Positions 38,617 to 49,438 of a stretch of 64,000 nucleotides of DNA are shown here, piece by piece. The position numbers and the translations under genes were made by a program. Below the pieces are notes generated by a model that saw only the letters and a program-made list of their open reading frames with translations, searched no databases and was not told where the DNA came from. Source of the DNA: an uncultured Gemmiger sp. Its GTDB lineage: Bacteria; Bacillota; Clostridia; Oscillospirales; Ruminococcaceae. The first letter of the stretch is position 1; each line of letters starts with the position of its first letter. The stretch spans positions 2,243-66,242 of the forward strand of contig CALXHR010000008.1 of the NCBI GenBank assembly GCA_944388175.1, in the 5' to 3' direction.

Positions 38617-40860
38617 ATGGCAAAAAAACGCGAAAAAAAGACGGCCCCCGCCCGCCCGCAGCTGGGGGATAACGTAGAAATCCTTTCGGCCGGCGAAATT
38701 TTGGAAGCGCCCATCACCGAGACGCTGGAGACCAACTACATGCCCTATGCGATGAGCGTCATCGTCTCCCGCGCGCTGCCGGAGATCGACGGCTTCAAGC
38801 CCGCCCACCGCAAACTGCTGTACACGATGTACGGCATGGGCCTGCTGAAAGGCCCGCGCACCAAGAGCGCCAACATCGTGGGCAGCACGATGCACCTGAA
38901 CCCCCACGGCGACGCCGCCATCTACGACACGATGGTGCGCATGGGGCGCTCCAACGAAAGTTTGCTGGTGCCCTACGTCGACTCCAAGGGCAACTTTGGC
39001 AAGGCGTACAGCCGCGATATGGCCTACGCCGCCGCCCGTTACACCGAAGCCCGCCTGGAACCGGTGTGCGAGGAACTGTTCCGCGACATCGACAAGGACA
39101 CCGTCGACTTTGTGCCCAACTACGACGGCACCACCACCGAGCCGACGCTGCTGCCGGTCACCTTCCCCACCATTTTGGCCAACAACACGCTGGGCATCGC
39201 CGTCGGCATGGCGTCCAACATCTGTTCGTTCAATCTGGCCGAGCTGTGCAACGCCACCATTGCGCTGATGAAAGACCCCGAGGCCGACCTGACCGAAATT
39301 TTGCCGGCGCCGGATTTTGTGGGCGGCGGGCAAATCTTGTACGACGCGGCCGAGATGGAAAACGTGCGTGAACACGGCCGCGGCAGCGTGCGCGTGCGCG
39401 CGCAGTGGCGGTACGACAAGGCCAACCACTGTATCGACGTGACGCATATTCCCCCCACCACGACGGTGGAAGCGGTCATGGACAAGATCACCGAGCTGGT
39501 CAAGCTGGGCAAAGTCCGCGAGATCAGCGATATGCGCGACGAGACCGACTTAAACGGCCTGAAGCTGACCATCGACCTCAAGCGCGGGCAGGACCCCGAA
39601 AAGCTGATGGCCCGCCTGTTCAAGGCCACCCCGCTGGAGGACAGTTTTGCCTGCAACTTCAACGTCCTGATCGCCGGGCAGCCGCGCGTGCTGGGCGTGC
39701 GCGAGATTTTGCTGGAGTGGACGGCGTTCCGCGCCGAATGTGTGCGCCGCCGCACCTACCACGACCTGCAGGGCAAACAGAAACGCCTGCACCTGCTGCA
39801 GGGCCTGCAGGCGATTTTGCTGGATATCGACAAGGCCATCGACATTGTGCGCAACACGGCCGAAGAAGCCGAGGTCGTGCCCAACCTGATGATCGGGTTC
39901 GGCATCGACGAAGCGCAGGCCGAGTATGTGGCCGAGATCAAGCTGCGCCACCTCAACCGCGAGTACATCCTCAAGCGCACGGCGGAGATTGAGGAACTGG
40001 CCGACGCCATCGCCGACCTTGAGGATATCCTCAAACGGCCGGCGCGCATCCACCGCATCATCATGGGCGAGCTGGGCGACGTCGCCAAAAAGTACGGCCA
40101 GCCCCGCCGCTGCGAGATTTTGTACGAAGCGCCCAGCGAGGACACCGGCGAGGAGGAACAGCAGATCCCCGACTACCCGGTGCATCTGTTCTTTACGCGG
40201 GACGGCTACTTTAAAAAGATCACGCCGCAGAGCCTGCGCATGAGCGGCGAGCAGAAGCTGAAAGACGGCGACGAAGTGCTGTTTACCTGCGAGAGCACCA
40301 ACAGCGCCGAGCTGCTGTTCTTTACCAACCTGCGCCAGGTCTACAAATCGCACGCATACGACTTTGCCGACAGCAAAGCCAGCGTGCTGGGCGACTACGT
40401 GGCTTCTGCCTTAGGCATGGACGACGGCGAGGTGCCGCTGTACATGGTGGTGACCGCCGACTACCGCGGCTGGATGCTGTTCTTCTTCCAGAACGGCAAG
40501 TGCGCCAAAATCCCGCTGCGCAGCTACGAGACCAAGCAGAACCGCCGCAAGCTGCTGAAAGCCTACAGCGACAAGGCCGAGCTGGCCACCATGCGCTACC
40601 TGCCCGAGGAAACCGAGCTGGCCATTTTTACCACCAACAACCGCCTGCTGCTGGCCGGCAGCGCCCTGATCCCCGAGAAGGCGACGCGCGACAGCGCCGG
40701 CGTCAACGTGGTGACGCTGAAAAAGAACGCCCGCATTGCGCGGGTGACGCTTTCGGCCGGGCTGGAACTGGGCGAGGCGCACCGCTACCGCGTGCGCACG
40801 CTGCCGGCGGCCGGGGCCATCGTGCGCGCCGACGACCGCGCCGAGCAGCTGACGCTGTAA
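38617..40860 (+). CDS. parC: Type IIA topoisomerase subunit A (ParC-like)
   Basis: RALPEIDGFKP, PHGD, AARYTE active-site Tyr, GIAVGMA; no QxRGGxG GyrA-box seen. Confidence 0.8.
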   Translation: MAKKREKKTAPARPQLGDNVEILSAGEILEAPITETLETNYMPYAMSVIVSRALPEIDGFKPAHRKLLYTMYGMGLLKGPRTKSANIVGSTMHLNPHGDAAIYDTMVRMGRSNESLLVPYVDSKGNFGKAYSRDMAYAAARYTEARLEPVCEELFRDIDKDTVDFVPNYDGTTTEPTLLPVTFPTILANNTLGIAVGMASNICSFNLAELCNATIALMKDPEADLTEILPAPDFVGGGQILYDAAEMENVREHGRGSVRVRAQWRYDKANHCIDVTHIPPTTTVEAVMDKITELVKLGKVREISDMRDETDLNGLKLTIDLKRGQDPEKLMARLFKATPLEDSFACNFNVLIAGQPRVLGVREILLEWTAFRAECVRRRTYHDLQGKQKRLHLLQGLQAILLDIDKAIDIVRNTAEEAEVVPNLMIGFGIDEAQAEYVAEIKLRHLNREYILKRTAEIEELADAIADLEDILKRPARIHRIIMGELGDVAKKYGQPRRCEILYEAPSEDTGEEEQQIPDYPVHLFFTRDGYFKKITPQSLRMSGEQKLKDGDEVLFTCESTNSAELLFFTNLRQVYKSHAYDFADSKASVLGDYVASALGMDDGEVPLYMVVTADYRGWMLFFFQNGKCAKIPLRSYETKQNRRKLLKAYSDKAELATMRYLPEETELAIFTTNNRLLLAGSALIPEKATRDSAGVNVVTLKKNARIARVTLSAGLELGEAHRYRVRTLPAAGAIVRADDRAEQLTL

Positions 40861-40896
40861 AACGCCGGGCTGCCCTCCCCTCCCTCTTACAAAGAA

Positions 40897-40938
40897 AAAT
40901 GCTCCCCGCGGTTCCGGGTGGAACCGCGGGGAGCATTT
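40897..40938. terminator. Bidirectional terminator
   Basis: AAATGCTCCCCGCGGTTCC/GGAACCGCGGGGAGCATTT. Confidence 0.8.
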
Positions 40939-40959
40939 GCGTTTTATAAGAGCGGGACG

Positions 40960-42642
40960 TTACGCCAGCACCGGTTTAAGCGCGGCGGCCAGTTCGTCCT
41001 TTTTGGCCTGGGCTTCGGCCAGGTCCTTGCCTTTGGTGGTAAAGTAGGTCTTGATCTTGGGCTCGGTGCCGGAGGGGCGCACCACGACGGTGGCGCCGCT
41101 GGCCAGCGTGTAGATCAGCACGTTGGCGGCGGGCAGGCCGGTTTCCTCGGGCTTTTTGTAGTCGACGACCTTGACGACCGCGTCGCCGCCGAAGTCCTGG
41201 GGCGGGTTGGCACGCAGGCCGGCCATGATGCCGGCCATCTTGTCCATGCCGGACAGGCCCGGGAACTCAAAGCTGTCGACCTTGTTGAGGTAGCGGCCGT
41301 ACTGGGCGTAGATGCGCTCGAGTTCCTCTTTGATGGAACTGCCTTTGGCGCGGTAGTAGGCGGCCATCTCGCAGATCAGCATGCTGCCGATGATGGCGTC
41401 CTTGTCGCGCACATAGGGCCCGGCCAGGTAGCCGTAGCTTTCCTCAAAGCCAAAGATAAAGCGGTCGACCTCGCCGTCGGCTTCCAGCTTGGCGATCTGG
41501 TCGCCGATCCACTTGAAGCCGGTGAGGACGTTGCGGCACTCGACGCCGTAATGCTCGGCCACTTTGTCGGCCAGCGGGGTCGAGACGATGGACTTGCACA
41601 TGACGGGTTTTTTGGGCATGGTGCCCTGCTCAATGCGGCCGGCGCAAATGTAGTCCAGCAGCAGCACGCCGACTTCGTTGCCGGAGAGCAGCTCATAGCT
41701 GCCGTCCTTGCACTTGACGGCGATGCCCACGCGGTCGGCGTCGGGGTCGGTGGCCAGCATCAGGTCGGCGCCGGATTTCTCGGCCAGTTCCAGGCCCAGG
41801 CGCAGCGCTTCAAAAATTTCGGGGTTGGGGTAGGGGCAGGTCGGGAAGTTGCCGTCGGGGTCCTTCTGCTCGGGCACGATGGTAATGTCGGTGATGCCGA
41901 TCTCGCCCAGGACGGTGGTGACCGGCACGAGGCCGGAGCCGTTGAGCGGGCTGTACACGAGTTTGAGCCCTGCGGTCTTGCAGATGCCGGGGCGGATGGA
42001 GCGCGCCTCAATGGCGTCGTACAGCGCGCGGATGCAGTCGTCGCCGACGTACTCGATAAGGCCCTGGGCCAGGCCGTCCGCAAACGAAATGCTCTTAGCG
42101 CCGGTGAGCACGTCGGTCTTTTGGATCTCGGCATAGACGATGTCGGCGGCTTCGTCGGTCATCTGGCAGCCGTCGGGGCCGTAAGCCTTGTAGCCGTTGT
42201 ACTTGGCGGGGTTGTGGCTGGCCGTGACCATGATGCCGGCGTTGCAGTGGTAGTAGCGCGTGGCAAACGAAAGCGCAGGCACCGGCATCAGCGCCTTGTA
42301 GATGCGCACATGCACGCCGTTGGCGGCCAGCACCTCGGCGGCCGTTTTGGCAAACAGGTCCGATTTGATGCGGCTGTCGTAGCTGATGGCGACGGTCTGG
42401 GTGCCGCCCTGGGTCTTGACCCAGTTGGCAAGGCCCTGCGTGGCCTGGCGCACAACGTAGATGTTCATGCGGTTGGTGCCGGCGCCGATGACGCCGCGCA
42501 GCCCGGCCGTGCCGAATTTGAGCGATACCGCAAAGCGGTCCTGGATGGCAGCGTCGTCCTCGCGGATGCTTTCCAGTTCCGGTTTCAGGTCGGCGTCGTC
42601 GAGGTCGGCGGCCAGCCAACGTTCATACATATCCTGATACAT
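40960..42642 (-). CDS. pgm: Phosphoglucomutase/phosphomannomutase
   Basis: FGTAGLRG, TASHNP, DPDADR, FEESYG, RPSGTEPK. Confidence 0.93.
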   Translation of the reverse strand: MYQDMYERWLAADLDDADLKPELESIREDDAAIQDRFAVSLKFGTAGLRGVIGAGTNRMNIYVVRQATQGLANWVKTQGGTQTVAISYDSRIKSDLFAKTAAEVLAANGVHVRIYKALMPVPALSFATRYYHCNAGIMVTASHNPAKYNGYKAYGPDGCQMTDEAADIVYAEIQKTDVLTGAKSISFADGLAQGLIEYVGDDCIRALYDAIEARSIRPGICKTAGLKLVYSPLNGSGLVPVTTVLGEIGITDITIVPEQKDPDGNFPTCPYPNPEIFEALRLGLELAEKSGADLMLATDPDADRVGIAVKCKDGSYELLSGNEVGVLLLDYICAGRIEQGTMPKKPVMCKSIVSTPLADKVAEHYGVECRNVLTGFKWIGDQIAKLEADGEVDRFIFGFEESYGYLAGPYVRDKDAIIGSMLICEMAAYYRAKGSSIKEELERIYAQYGRYLNKVDSFEFPGLSGMDKMAGIMAGLRANPPQDFGGDAVVKVVDYKKPEETGLPAANVLIYTLASGATVVVRPSGTEPKIKTYFTTKGKDLAEAQAKKDELAAALKPVLA

Positions 42643-42835
42643 AAGTTGACACCTGCACTTTCGATAGATGCTGTAGAGTTCAAAGGTTCCTCTATGTACT
42701 AAATATACCAACTCTTGGCGGCACTGTCAAATAATTTTTGGGCAAAATGGACGGTTTTTGTGCACCCCAGCTTGTAGAAACGCCCGCCGCGCGCTATACT
42801 GGTAAAAAGCAATGGCAAAGCGGGAGGAACGCGGT

Positions 42836-44359
42836 ATGTTTGCAAAGGTGACCAGCCTGGGCGTCACGGGGCTGGCGGGATATCTGGTGCAGGTCGAGAC
42901 CGATCTTTCGGGCGGGCTGCCGCAGTTCAACCTCGTCGGCCTGCCGGATTCCGCCGTCAAAGAGAGCAGCGAGCGCGTGCGCAGCGCCGTCAAAAACCTG
43001 CACTACCAGTGGCCGGCCAGCCGCATCACGGTCAACCTGGCCCCCGCCGACGTGCGCAAGACCGGCCCGGTGTACGACCTGCCGGTGTTCATTGGCATTT
43101 TGGCGGCGCAGGGTAAATTGCCCGCGCCGGGGCCGCAGCGCGCCTTTTTGGGCGAGCTGGGCCTGGATGGCGCGCTGCGCCCGGTAAGCGGCGTGCTGCC
43201 CATGGCGCTGGCCGCCGTGCAGCAAGGCGTGACCGAACTGTACGTGCCGGCCGAGAACGCCGCCGAAGCCGCCGTAGCCGAGGGGCTGACTGTCTACCCG
43301 GCGCGCAGCGCACAGGACGTGGTGCTGCACCTGTGCGGGGCCGAACCGCTTGCCCCTGCGCAGGCCGACGGGTACGATGAAAACGGCGTCTGGCTGGGGC
43401 CGGATATGGCCGACGTGCGCGGCCAGGGCGAAGCGCGCCGCGCGCTGGAGATTGCAGCCGCCGGCGGGCACAACCTGCTGCTGGTGGGCCCGCCGGGCAC
43501 CGGCAAAAGCATGCTGGCCAAGCGGCTGCCGGGCATTCTGCCGCCGCTGACCTACGACGAAGCGCTGGAGACCAGCGCCATCTATTCGGTCGCCGGGCTG
43601 CTGCGCGGCGGGCTTGTCAAAACACGGCCGTTCCGCAGCCCGCACCACAGCGTGAGCTCCACGGCGCTGGCCGGCGGCGGCACGGTGCCGCGCCCCGGCG
43701 AGATCAGTTTGGCGCACAACGGCGTGCTGTTTTTGGACGAACTGCCGGAATTTGCGCGCGACACGCTGGAAGTGCTGCGCCAGCCGCTGGAGGATGGCGC
43801 CGTGACGGTGAGCCGCGTGCACGGCACCGCCACCTACCCCTGCAAATTTATGCTGGTGGCCGCCATGAACCCCTGCAAATGCGGGTACCTGGGCCACCCC
43901 ACGCGGGAATGTACCTGCACGCCCAGCGCCATTGAGCAGTACCGCCGGCGCATTTCCGGCCCGCTGCTGGACCGCATCGACCTGCATGTGGAAGCCCTGC
44001 CGGTGGAATATGAGGACCTGGCCGCCGAGCAGAGCGGCGAGCCCAGCGCCGCCGTGCGCGCCCGGGTGATGGCGGCGCGCACGTTGCAGCGGCAGCGCTA
44101 CCATGCCCTGCCCGGCGTGCGCTGCAACGCCCAGCTGCCCGGCAGCGCGCTGCGGCAGTACTGCCGCATGACCCCGGCCGCCGAAAAGCTGCTGCGCGGC
44201 GCGTTTGAGCGCCTGGGCTACAGCGCCCGCGCCTACGACCGCATTTTGCGCGTGGCGCGCACCGCCGCCGACCTGGACGGCAGCGAGGTATTGGACAGCG
44301 TGCATCTTTCGGAAGCGCTGCAATATCGCAGCCTGGACCGCAAGTTCGGCATCCGCTGA
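42836..44359 (+). CDS. comM: YifB/ComM Mg-chelatase-like AAA+ ATPase
   Basis: VGLPD, NLAPAD, GPPGTGKSM, RSPHH, LDELPEF, SGPLLDRID. Confidence 0.92.
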   Translation: MFAKVTSLGVTGLAGYLVQVETDLSGGLPQFNLVGLPDSAVKESSERVRSAVKNLHYQWPASRITVNLAPADVRKTGPVYDLPVFIGILAAQGKLPAPGPQRAFLGELGLDGALRPVSGVLPMALAAVQQGVTELYVPAENAAEAAVAEGLTVYPARSAQDVVLHLCGAEPLAPAQADGYDENGVWLGPDMADVRGQGEARRALEIAAAGGHNLLLVGPPGTGKSMLAKRLPGILPPLTYDEALETSAIYSVAGLLRGGLVKTRPFRSPHHSVSSTALAGGGTVPRPGEISLAHNGVLFLDELPEFARDTLEVLRQPLEDGAVTVSRVHGTATYPCKFMLVAAMNPCKCGYLGHPTRECTCTPSAIEQYRRRISGPLLDRIDLHVEALPVEYEDLAAEQSGEPSAAVRARVMAARTLQRQRYHALPGVRCNAQLPGSALRQYCRMTPAAEKLLRGAFERLGYSARAYDRILRVARTAADLDGSEVLDSVHLSEALQYRSLDRKFGIR

Positions 44360-44424
44360 CATTTTTGCAAAATATCGCCCCCGACCGGATTTGGCATGCC
44401 CGGTCGGGGGCGATGTGTTTTTGT

Positions 44425-45480
44425 TTATACCTGTTCCAGCACCTGCCACAGCGCCTGCGCGCTGGCCTGCCAACTGTAGCGGGCCAGCAGTTCGCCGGCA
44501 TCGCGCTGCGGCGGGGTGACGTCGTCGACGTTGCCGGGGTTCGTTTTCAGGTCGATGTAGCCCGCGCAACCGCCGTAGACTTCCCGCATGCAGGGGGTGT
44601 CGCTGACATAGATGCGCGGCGCGCCGCAGGCGACGGCTTCCAGCGGGGGGATGCCGAACCCCTCGTACAGTGTGGGGAACAAAAACGCCTTGCAGTGGTG
44701 CATCAGGGCTTTGGCTTCGCCGTCCGACACATAGCCCAGGTAGACGACGTTGGGCAGCCCCGCCAGACCCAGGCGCTTTGCTTCGCCCTGCAGGCTGCCG
44801 CCGCCGGCAATGGCAAACACAGCGTCCGGTTTGGCCTTGGCTGCGCGCAGCACCCAGGGGAAGTTTTTGTTTTTGAGCAGGTTGGCCATGCTGAAATAGT
44901 ACTCGCCCCGGCGCAGCTGCGGCGCTTTGGCAAAGATGCGCTCGTCGGCGGCGATGCGCTGCATCTGCTGCCAGGCGTTGTACACCACAAAAATGCGCTG
45001 CGGCGCCACGCCGTAATAGCGCGTGATCTCGCTTTTGGAAAACTGCGACACCGTGACGACGGCGTCGGCCACGGCGGCGATGCACCGGTATTGCAGCCGG
45101 TGCCACAGCGCGCTGGCAAGGTCCCGCGGGGCAGTGTAAAAGTCCGGCCGGGCGCGGTAGCAGACATCGTGCACGACGGCGACGCCGCGGAACCCGAACA
45201 GCGGGATGACGTTGCAGGTGGCCAGCCCGCGCGCGCCGCGCTGTTGTAAGTAGGCCGGGTAGTCCAGTTGCTGCCAGGCCAGGCCGCGGCGCGTGCCGTA
45301 CGTGATGGTGCGGATGTTCTGGTAGACCGGCGCACGCACGCCGGGCGGGGTGACGATCTCGACCCGGCCGGGCGGCACCAGCGCGTCGAGCGCCGAGAGC
45401 AGCTCAATGGAATAGCGCTGGATGCCGGAAATGCGCTGGCCGAAAAAGGACCCGTCTACGGCCCATACGTCTGTGTTCAT
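44425..45480 (-). CDS. GT4 glycosyltransferase
   Basis: SGIQRY, HD, TVSQFSK, KN, YEGFGIPPLEA. Confidence 0.9.
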   Translation of the reverse strand: MNTDVWAVDGSFFGQRISGIQRYSIELLSALDALVPPGRVEIVTPPGVRAPVYQNIRTITYGTRRGLAWQQLDYPAYLQQRGARGLATCNVIPLFGFRGVAVVHDVCYRARPDFYTAPRDLASALWHRLQYRCIAAVADAVVTVSQFSKSEITRYYGVAPQRIFVVYNAWQQMQRIAADERIFAKAPQLRRGEYYFSMANLLKNKNFPWVLRAAKAKPDAVFAIAGGGSLQGEAKRLGLAGLPNVVYLGYVSDGEAKALMHHCKAFLFPTLYEGFGIPPLEAVACGAPRIYVSDTPCMREVYGGCAGYIDLKTNPGNVDDVTPPQRDAGELLARYSWQASAQALWQVLEQV

Positions 45481-45519
45481 GGGGCGTTTCCCCTCCCCTG
45501 CTGGAGAATTTTGCGGCGT

Positions 45520-46803
45520 TTACAGCCCCGCGTACTGTTGTTTGACGCGCAGGATGCGCGCGACGCTCTCGTTGAGACGTTCTTCGCTGACGGTGCCGTT
45601 TTCGACGGCTGCCACGACGCCGTCGAAGGCTTCGGTCAGGCCGTTCGGCATCAACAGGATATCGCAGCCGGCGTTCAGCGCCTGCACGGCGGCTTCGGCC
45701 GGGGTGTACTGCTCGGTGATGGCGCCCATGGCCAGCGAGTCGGTCACCACCAGCACGTCCCCGCCCTGCAGGAGCTCGCCGCGCAGCAGCTCGGTGACGA
45801 TGGGGTAAGACAGCGACGCCGGCGTGTCGCCTTCCAGCGCCGGGGCGGCAATGTGCCCCACCATGATGGCGTGGGGTCCGATGCCATTCTCCCCTTCCGT
45901 GGGCTGCAAAAACGGCAGGAACTCGCATTCCAGCATTTCCTCTTTGGTGCGGTGGCTGTAGGCCAGGCCGCTGTGGCTGTCCTCGGCTGTATCGCCGTGG
46001 CCGGGGAAATGCTTGAGCGTGGGCAGGACGCCCTGTTCCTGCAGGCCCTGCGCCATCGCCCCGGCCATGGCGGCCGCCGTCGCGGCATCCTGCGAGAACG
46101 CGCGCGTGCCGATGACGGTGTTGGCGGGGTTGGTGTAGACGTCGGCGTCGGGGGCAAAGTCCATCGTGAAGCCGTAATCTTTCAAGTACGCGCCGATGGT
46201 GGCCCCCATCCCGCGCGCGGCTTCGGGGTCGCCGGTCTCGCCGACGGCGGCCGCGCTCTCGTACCGGGGCAGGTCGAACGCCGGGTGGTTGGCCAGGCGG
46301 GCCACCACGCCGCCCTCCTCATCGACCGAGATCAGCAGCGGTATCTTGCTGGCCGCCTGCAGGTCGGCGTTGAACTGCGCGATCTGCTGCGGGTCGGTGA
46401 TATTCTTGCCGAACTGGCAGATGCCGCCCACGGGGTAGTCCTGCAAAGTCTGCCGCATGGCATCGCTGAGGGCGGTCACGCCGTCGGCGTGCTCGTCGTT
46501 GATCTCCCCCTGCGGGATGGCAAGGTCGAGCGAATCCGGCCGGATCATAAACAGCTGGCCGACTTTTTCGCGCAGCGTCATCTGCTGCAGCAGCGCCGCC
46601 ACGGGGTCGGCTTCCTCGGGCGCGGGGGTCTGCTCCTGCGCCGGGGTAGCTGTAGGGGTGGCATCCGATTCCGAAACCGCCGGGGTTTCCGGCTGCGGCG
46701 TCGGCGTGGGCTGGGCCGTGCCCGGGGCGGGCGTGCAGCTGCACAACAGCGTCAGCGCCAGGGCAGCCGCCGCCAGGCGGGCAAAACGTGGGGTTGTTCT
46801 CAT
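45520..46803 (-). CDS. GH3 beta-N-acetylhexosaminidase-like lipoprotein
   Basis: LCSC lipobox, DEEGG, KHFPGHG, DSH, TDSLAM. Confidence 0.88.
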   Translation of the reverse strand: MRTTPRFARLAAAALALTLLCSCTPAPGTAQPTPTPQPETPAVSESDATPTATPAQEQTPAPEEADPVAALLQQMTLREKVGQLFMIRPDSLDLAIPQGEINDEHADGVTALSDAMRQTLQDYPVGGICQFGKNITDPQQIAQFNADLQAASKIPLLISVDEEGGVVARLANHPAFDLPRYESAAAVGETGDPEAARGMGATIGAYLKDYGFTMDFAPDADVYTNPANTVIGTRAFSQDAATAAAMAGAMAQGLQEQGVLPTLKHFPGHGDTAEDSHSGLAYSHRTKEEMLECEFLPFLQPTEGENGIGPHAIMVGHIAAPALEGDTPASLSYPIVTELLRGELLQGGDVLVVTDSLAMGAITEQYTPAEAAVQALNAGCDILLMPNGLTEAFDGVVAAVENGTVSEERLNESVARILRVKQQYAGL

Positions 46804-47044
46804 ACTATCTCCTTTTTCCGCATCGCTGCAGGGTCCCGACGCGCCGGTGGATGGCGGCCCAGCGCCCCCCCAAAGCGGGCGCTGGGCCGGCGCCAACCAG
46901 AACGGCGCGCCGCCGTGCAAAAAACGTAGAATGGCCGTTTTTGCGGTTATTATACCACGTCCGCCCGGCCGGGGCAAGACGCGCCGCGCACAAAAGCCCC
47001 CGCCCCGGCGGCGCGCGCCGGGGCGGGGGCTTGCCCTTGGGGGG

Positions 47045-47995
47045 TTATTCCTCTGCGGCCGTCTCGGCGGTCGCTTCGGCGTCGTACAGGCTCTGTTTGG
47101 TCACGGCAAACGCATTTTTGTGGTCGGCGTTGACTTCATACACGACGTTGGGCGCGCTGCTGGCCCGCAGGTAGCAGGCCCCTTCGTCCTGCGGGGTCAG
47201 GCTGCCAAACCGCACGGTCAGCGCCGTGCCGTCGGTAAAGCTGACGACCGCCGTAACGTCGGGGTTCGTCAGGCCGTAAGCGCCATCCTCCGGCGCAGTG
47301 ATGGTCCACTCCGTCTGCAAATTGCACAGCGTGTTGGCCATTTTCTGCACGGCGTCCTGGTCCAGCGGGTAGTCCGGCTCGCCGTCCAACACCCATTTGC
47401 CGGCCGCCCGGGTAAAGGTCAGCGCGCCGACTTCCAACTCCGCGATTTCATCGGCGGTTTTGTCGGTCAGGGTCTGGGGTTCGTAGAGGTCCCGCGGCGT
47501 TTTGCACAGGCCGATCAGGTCGTCCTGCGGGATGCTGTACGCCGCGCCGGTCTCGTCGTAGATATAGTAGATTTCCGCCACATCGTTGGCGCGGTCCACC
47601 GTCAGCGTGCGGGTGGTCTCGCCGCCGGTCAGCGTAAAAACCATCATCGGTGTTTCGCTGCGGGGCGGGATTTCGGCCAGTTCGTCGCCCTGCAGCTGGC
47701 GCTCCGCCCGCAGGGCGGCGTACTGTTCCACCAGCGATGCGACGGCGTCCTGGTCCAGCGGCAGCGACGGGTCGGACGCCAGCCGCCAGCTGCCGCCGGA
47801 CCCCTTTTGCAGCGTGACCTCGACGTTTTCGCCGCTGTAGCTCAAGGTATCGATCTCGCCCGCCGCCAGGGGGCACAGCGCGACGCCCGACAGTTCTTCC
47901 TCCTCCGCCGCGCCGTGCAGCACGGCCAGCAGCGCGGCCAGCAGCACCACGCCCGCCGTCAGCAGCGCCAGCGGCAACATTTTTTTGCGTGTCAT
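47045..47995 (-). CDS. DUF4340-like membrane-anchored protein
   Basis: N-terminal TM segment, repeated W....P..PLDQDAV units, YGL..P; last gene of the Gld-like ABC operon. Confidence 0.7.
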   Translation of the reverse strand: MTRKKMLPLALLTAGVVLLAALLAVLHGAAEEEELSGVALCPLAAGEIDTLSYSGENVEVTLQKGSGGSWRLASDPSLPLDQDAVASLVEQYAALRAERQLQGDELAEIPPRSETPMMVFTLTGGETTRTLTVDRANDVAEIYYIYDETGAAYSIPQDDLIGLCKTPRDLYEPQTLTDKTADEIAELEVGALTFTRAAGKWVLDGEPDYPLDQDAVQKMANTLCNLQTEWTITAPEDGAYGLTNPDVTAVVSFTDGTALTVRFGSLTPQDEGACYLRASSAPNVVYEVNADHKNAFAVTKQSLYDAEATAETAAEE

Positions 47996-48010
47996 AGCGG
48001 TTCCTTTCTG

Positions 48011-49423
48011 TTAACGGCGGCGGCGCACCAGGCAGACGACGGCGCCCGCGATCAGGCAGACGATGGGCAGCACAAAGACAAACAGCACGCCCAGGCCGAT
48101 GATGGCCCCCGCCGGCACCGTGAGGGCGGCGGCGCTCATGCTCTTGGCGCTGATGACGGCGGTGGTCTGCTGCCCGTTGCACCAGTTGACGATGCTGCCC
48201 AGGAACTGCGCGTTGCCGCCGGAAGTGCTCTGGTTGGCGGCGGTCTGCAGCGCGTTGGGGCAGTTGATCCACACCACGCGCGCGCCGGTGGTCTCGTTTT
48301 CGGCCGCCGTCGCCACGGCAAAGCTGCCCACGGGGTCGGTTTCGGCCTTCTGCGCGGTCTCGGCCGTGGCGTAGTTTTCCAGCGAATAGGCGTCCAGGCT
48401 GGTCGTCAGCAGGTCGGTGTGGGTGTAAGTGCTGTCATCCTGCGAGACGATGCCCTGCGCAATGGGCGTGTAGACCATCATGCCGGCGGTCATGCCGGCC
48501 AGCACCTCGTTGGAAGCGACGTCGGGCAGCAGGTAGGTGGGCGACATGCCGTAGGGGTAGTGGTCGCCGTCAGTCTCCACCAGCAGGCCGGGCTGGCGGG
48601 TCATGCCGCAGGATGCCAGCACGCCGTCGAGGTTGGGGGTTTCCAGCGTGAAGTCGGTCACGGCCAGCAGTTTGCCGCCGCCGTCCACATAGGCTTGCAG
48701 CTGCGCGGCTTCGTCGGCCGTCACGTCGGCCAGCGGCGCGTTGATGAGCACAACGGACGCATCCGCCGGGATGGACCCGGCCGTGACGAGGTTGAGCGAT
48801 TCCACCGTGACGCCGGCGGTGTCCAGCGTTTCGAGGAAATCGCTGCCCAGGGCGGTCTCGCCGTGGCCGGCGAGTTCATACAACCGGTAGCTGGCCGTGC
48901 GGGTGACTTTGGCCAGCGCCGAGGTCAGGGCGTTTTCGGCCCCAAAACTGTACTGCTGGGTGCCGTAGTAATAGTAAGCTTCGATATCCATGGCGTAGAG
49001 GTCGCCGTAGTAGCTGAGCACCTCGTACTTGTCGCCGCAGACAAGGACGACGCTGCCGGTGGACGCGCCGTCATACTGCTCCGCCAGCGTCGGGTAGAGC
49101 ACGGGGTCGCGCTGCTGCCAGGTAAAGTGGCTGCTGGCGCCGGCGTAGCGGTCCAAAAGGCGGGTGACGTTGGCGTCCTCCTCACCGGAGATGGCCAGGT
49201 AATACGCCTGCACGTCGGTATCCAGTTCCGCCAGCAGGTTTTGGGTTGTATCGCTCAAAGTGAACATACCGCTGGTGGAGATGTCATACTCGGTATACTG
49301 GCTGGGCAGCGCCCGCACCACCAGGTTGACGAGGATGACCGCCACCAGCACCACCACCGCCAGCGCGGTGGCATACAGGCCGTTGTGCAGCGTTTTTTTG
49401 CTGCTGTGTTGTGTTTGATCCAT
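48011..49423 (-). CDS. GldG-like ABC accessory protein
   Basis: N- and C-terminal TM segments, DIS...FTLS, GHGE, GGKLL. Confidence 0.8.
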   Translation of the reverse strand: MDQTQHSSKKTLHNGLYATALAVVVLVAVILVNLVVRALPSQYTEYDISTSGMFTLSDTTQNLLAELDTDVQAYYLAISGEEDANVTRLLDRYAGASSHFTWQQRDPVLYPTLAEQYDGASTGSVVLVCGDKYEVLSYYGDLYAMDIEAYYYYGTQQYSFGAENALTSALAKVTRTASYRLYELAGHGETALGSDFLETLDTAGVTVESLNLVTAGSIPADASVVLINAPLADVTADEAAQLQAYVDGGGKLLAVTDFTLETPNLDGVLASCGMTRQPGLLVETDGDHYPYGMSPTYLLPDVASNEVLAGMTAGMMVYTPIAQGIVSQDDSTYTHTDLLTTSLDAYSLENYATAETAQKAETDPVGSFAVATAAENETTGARVVWINCPNALQTAANQSTSGGNAQFLGSIVNWCNGQQTTAVISAKSMSAAALTVPAGAIIGLGVLFVFVLPIVCLIAGAVVCLVRRRR

Positions 49424-49438
49424 CGTTGCAGCCCCCTC

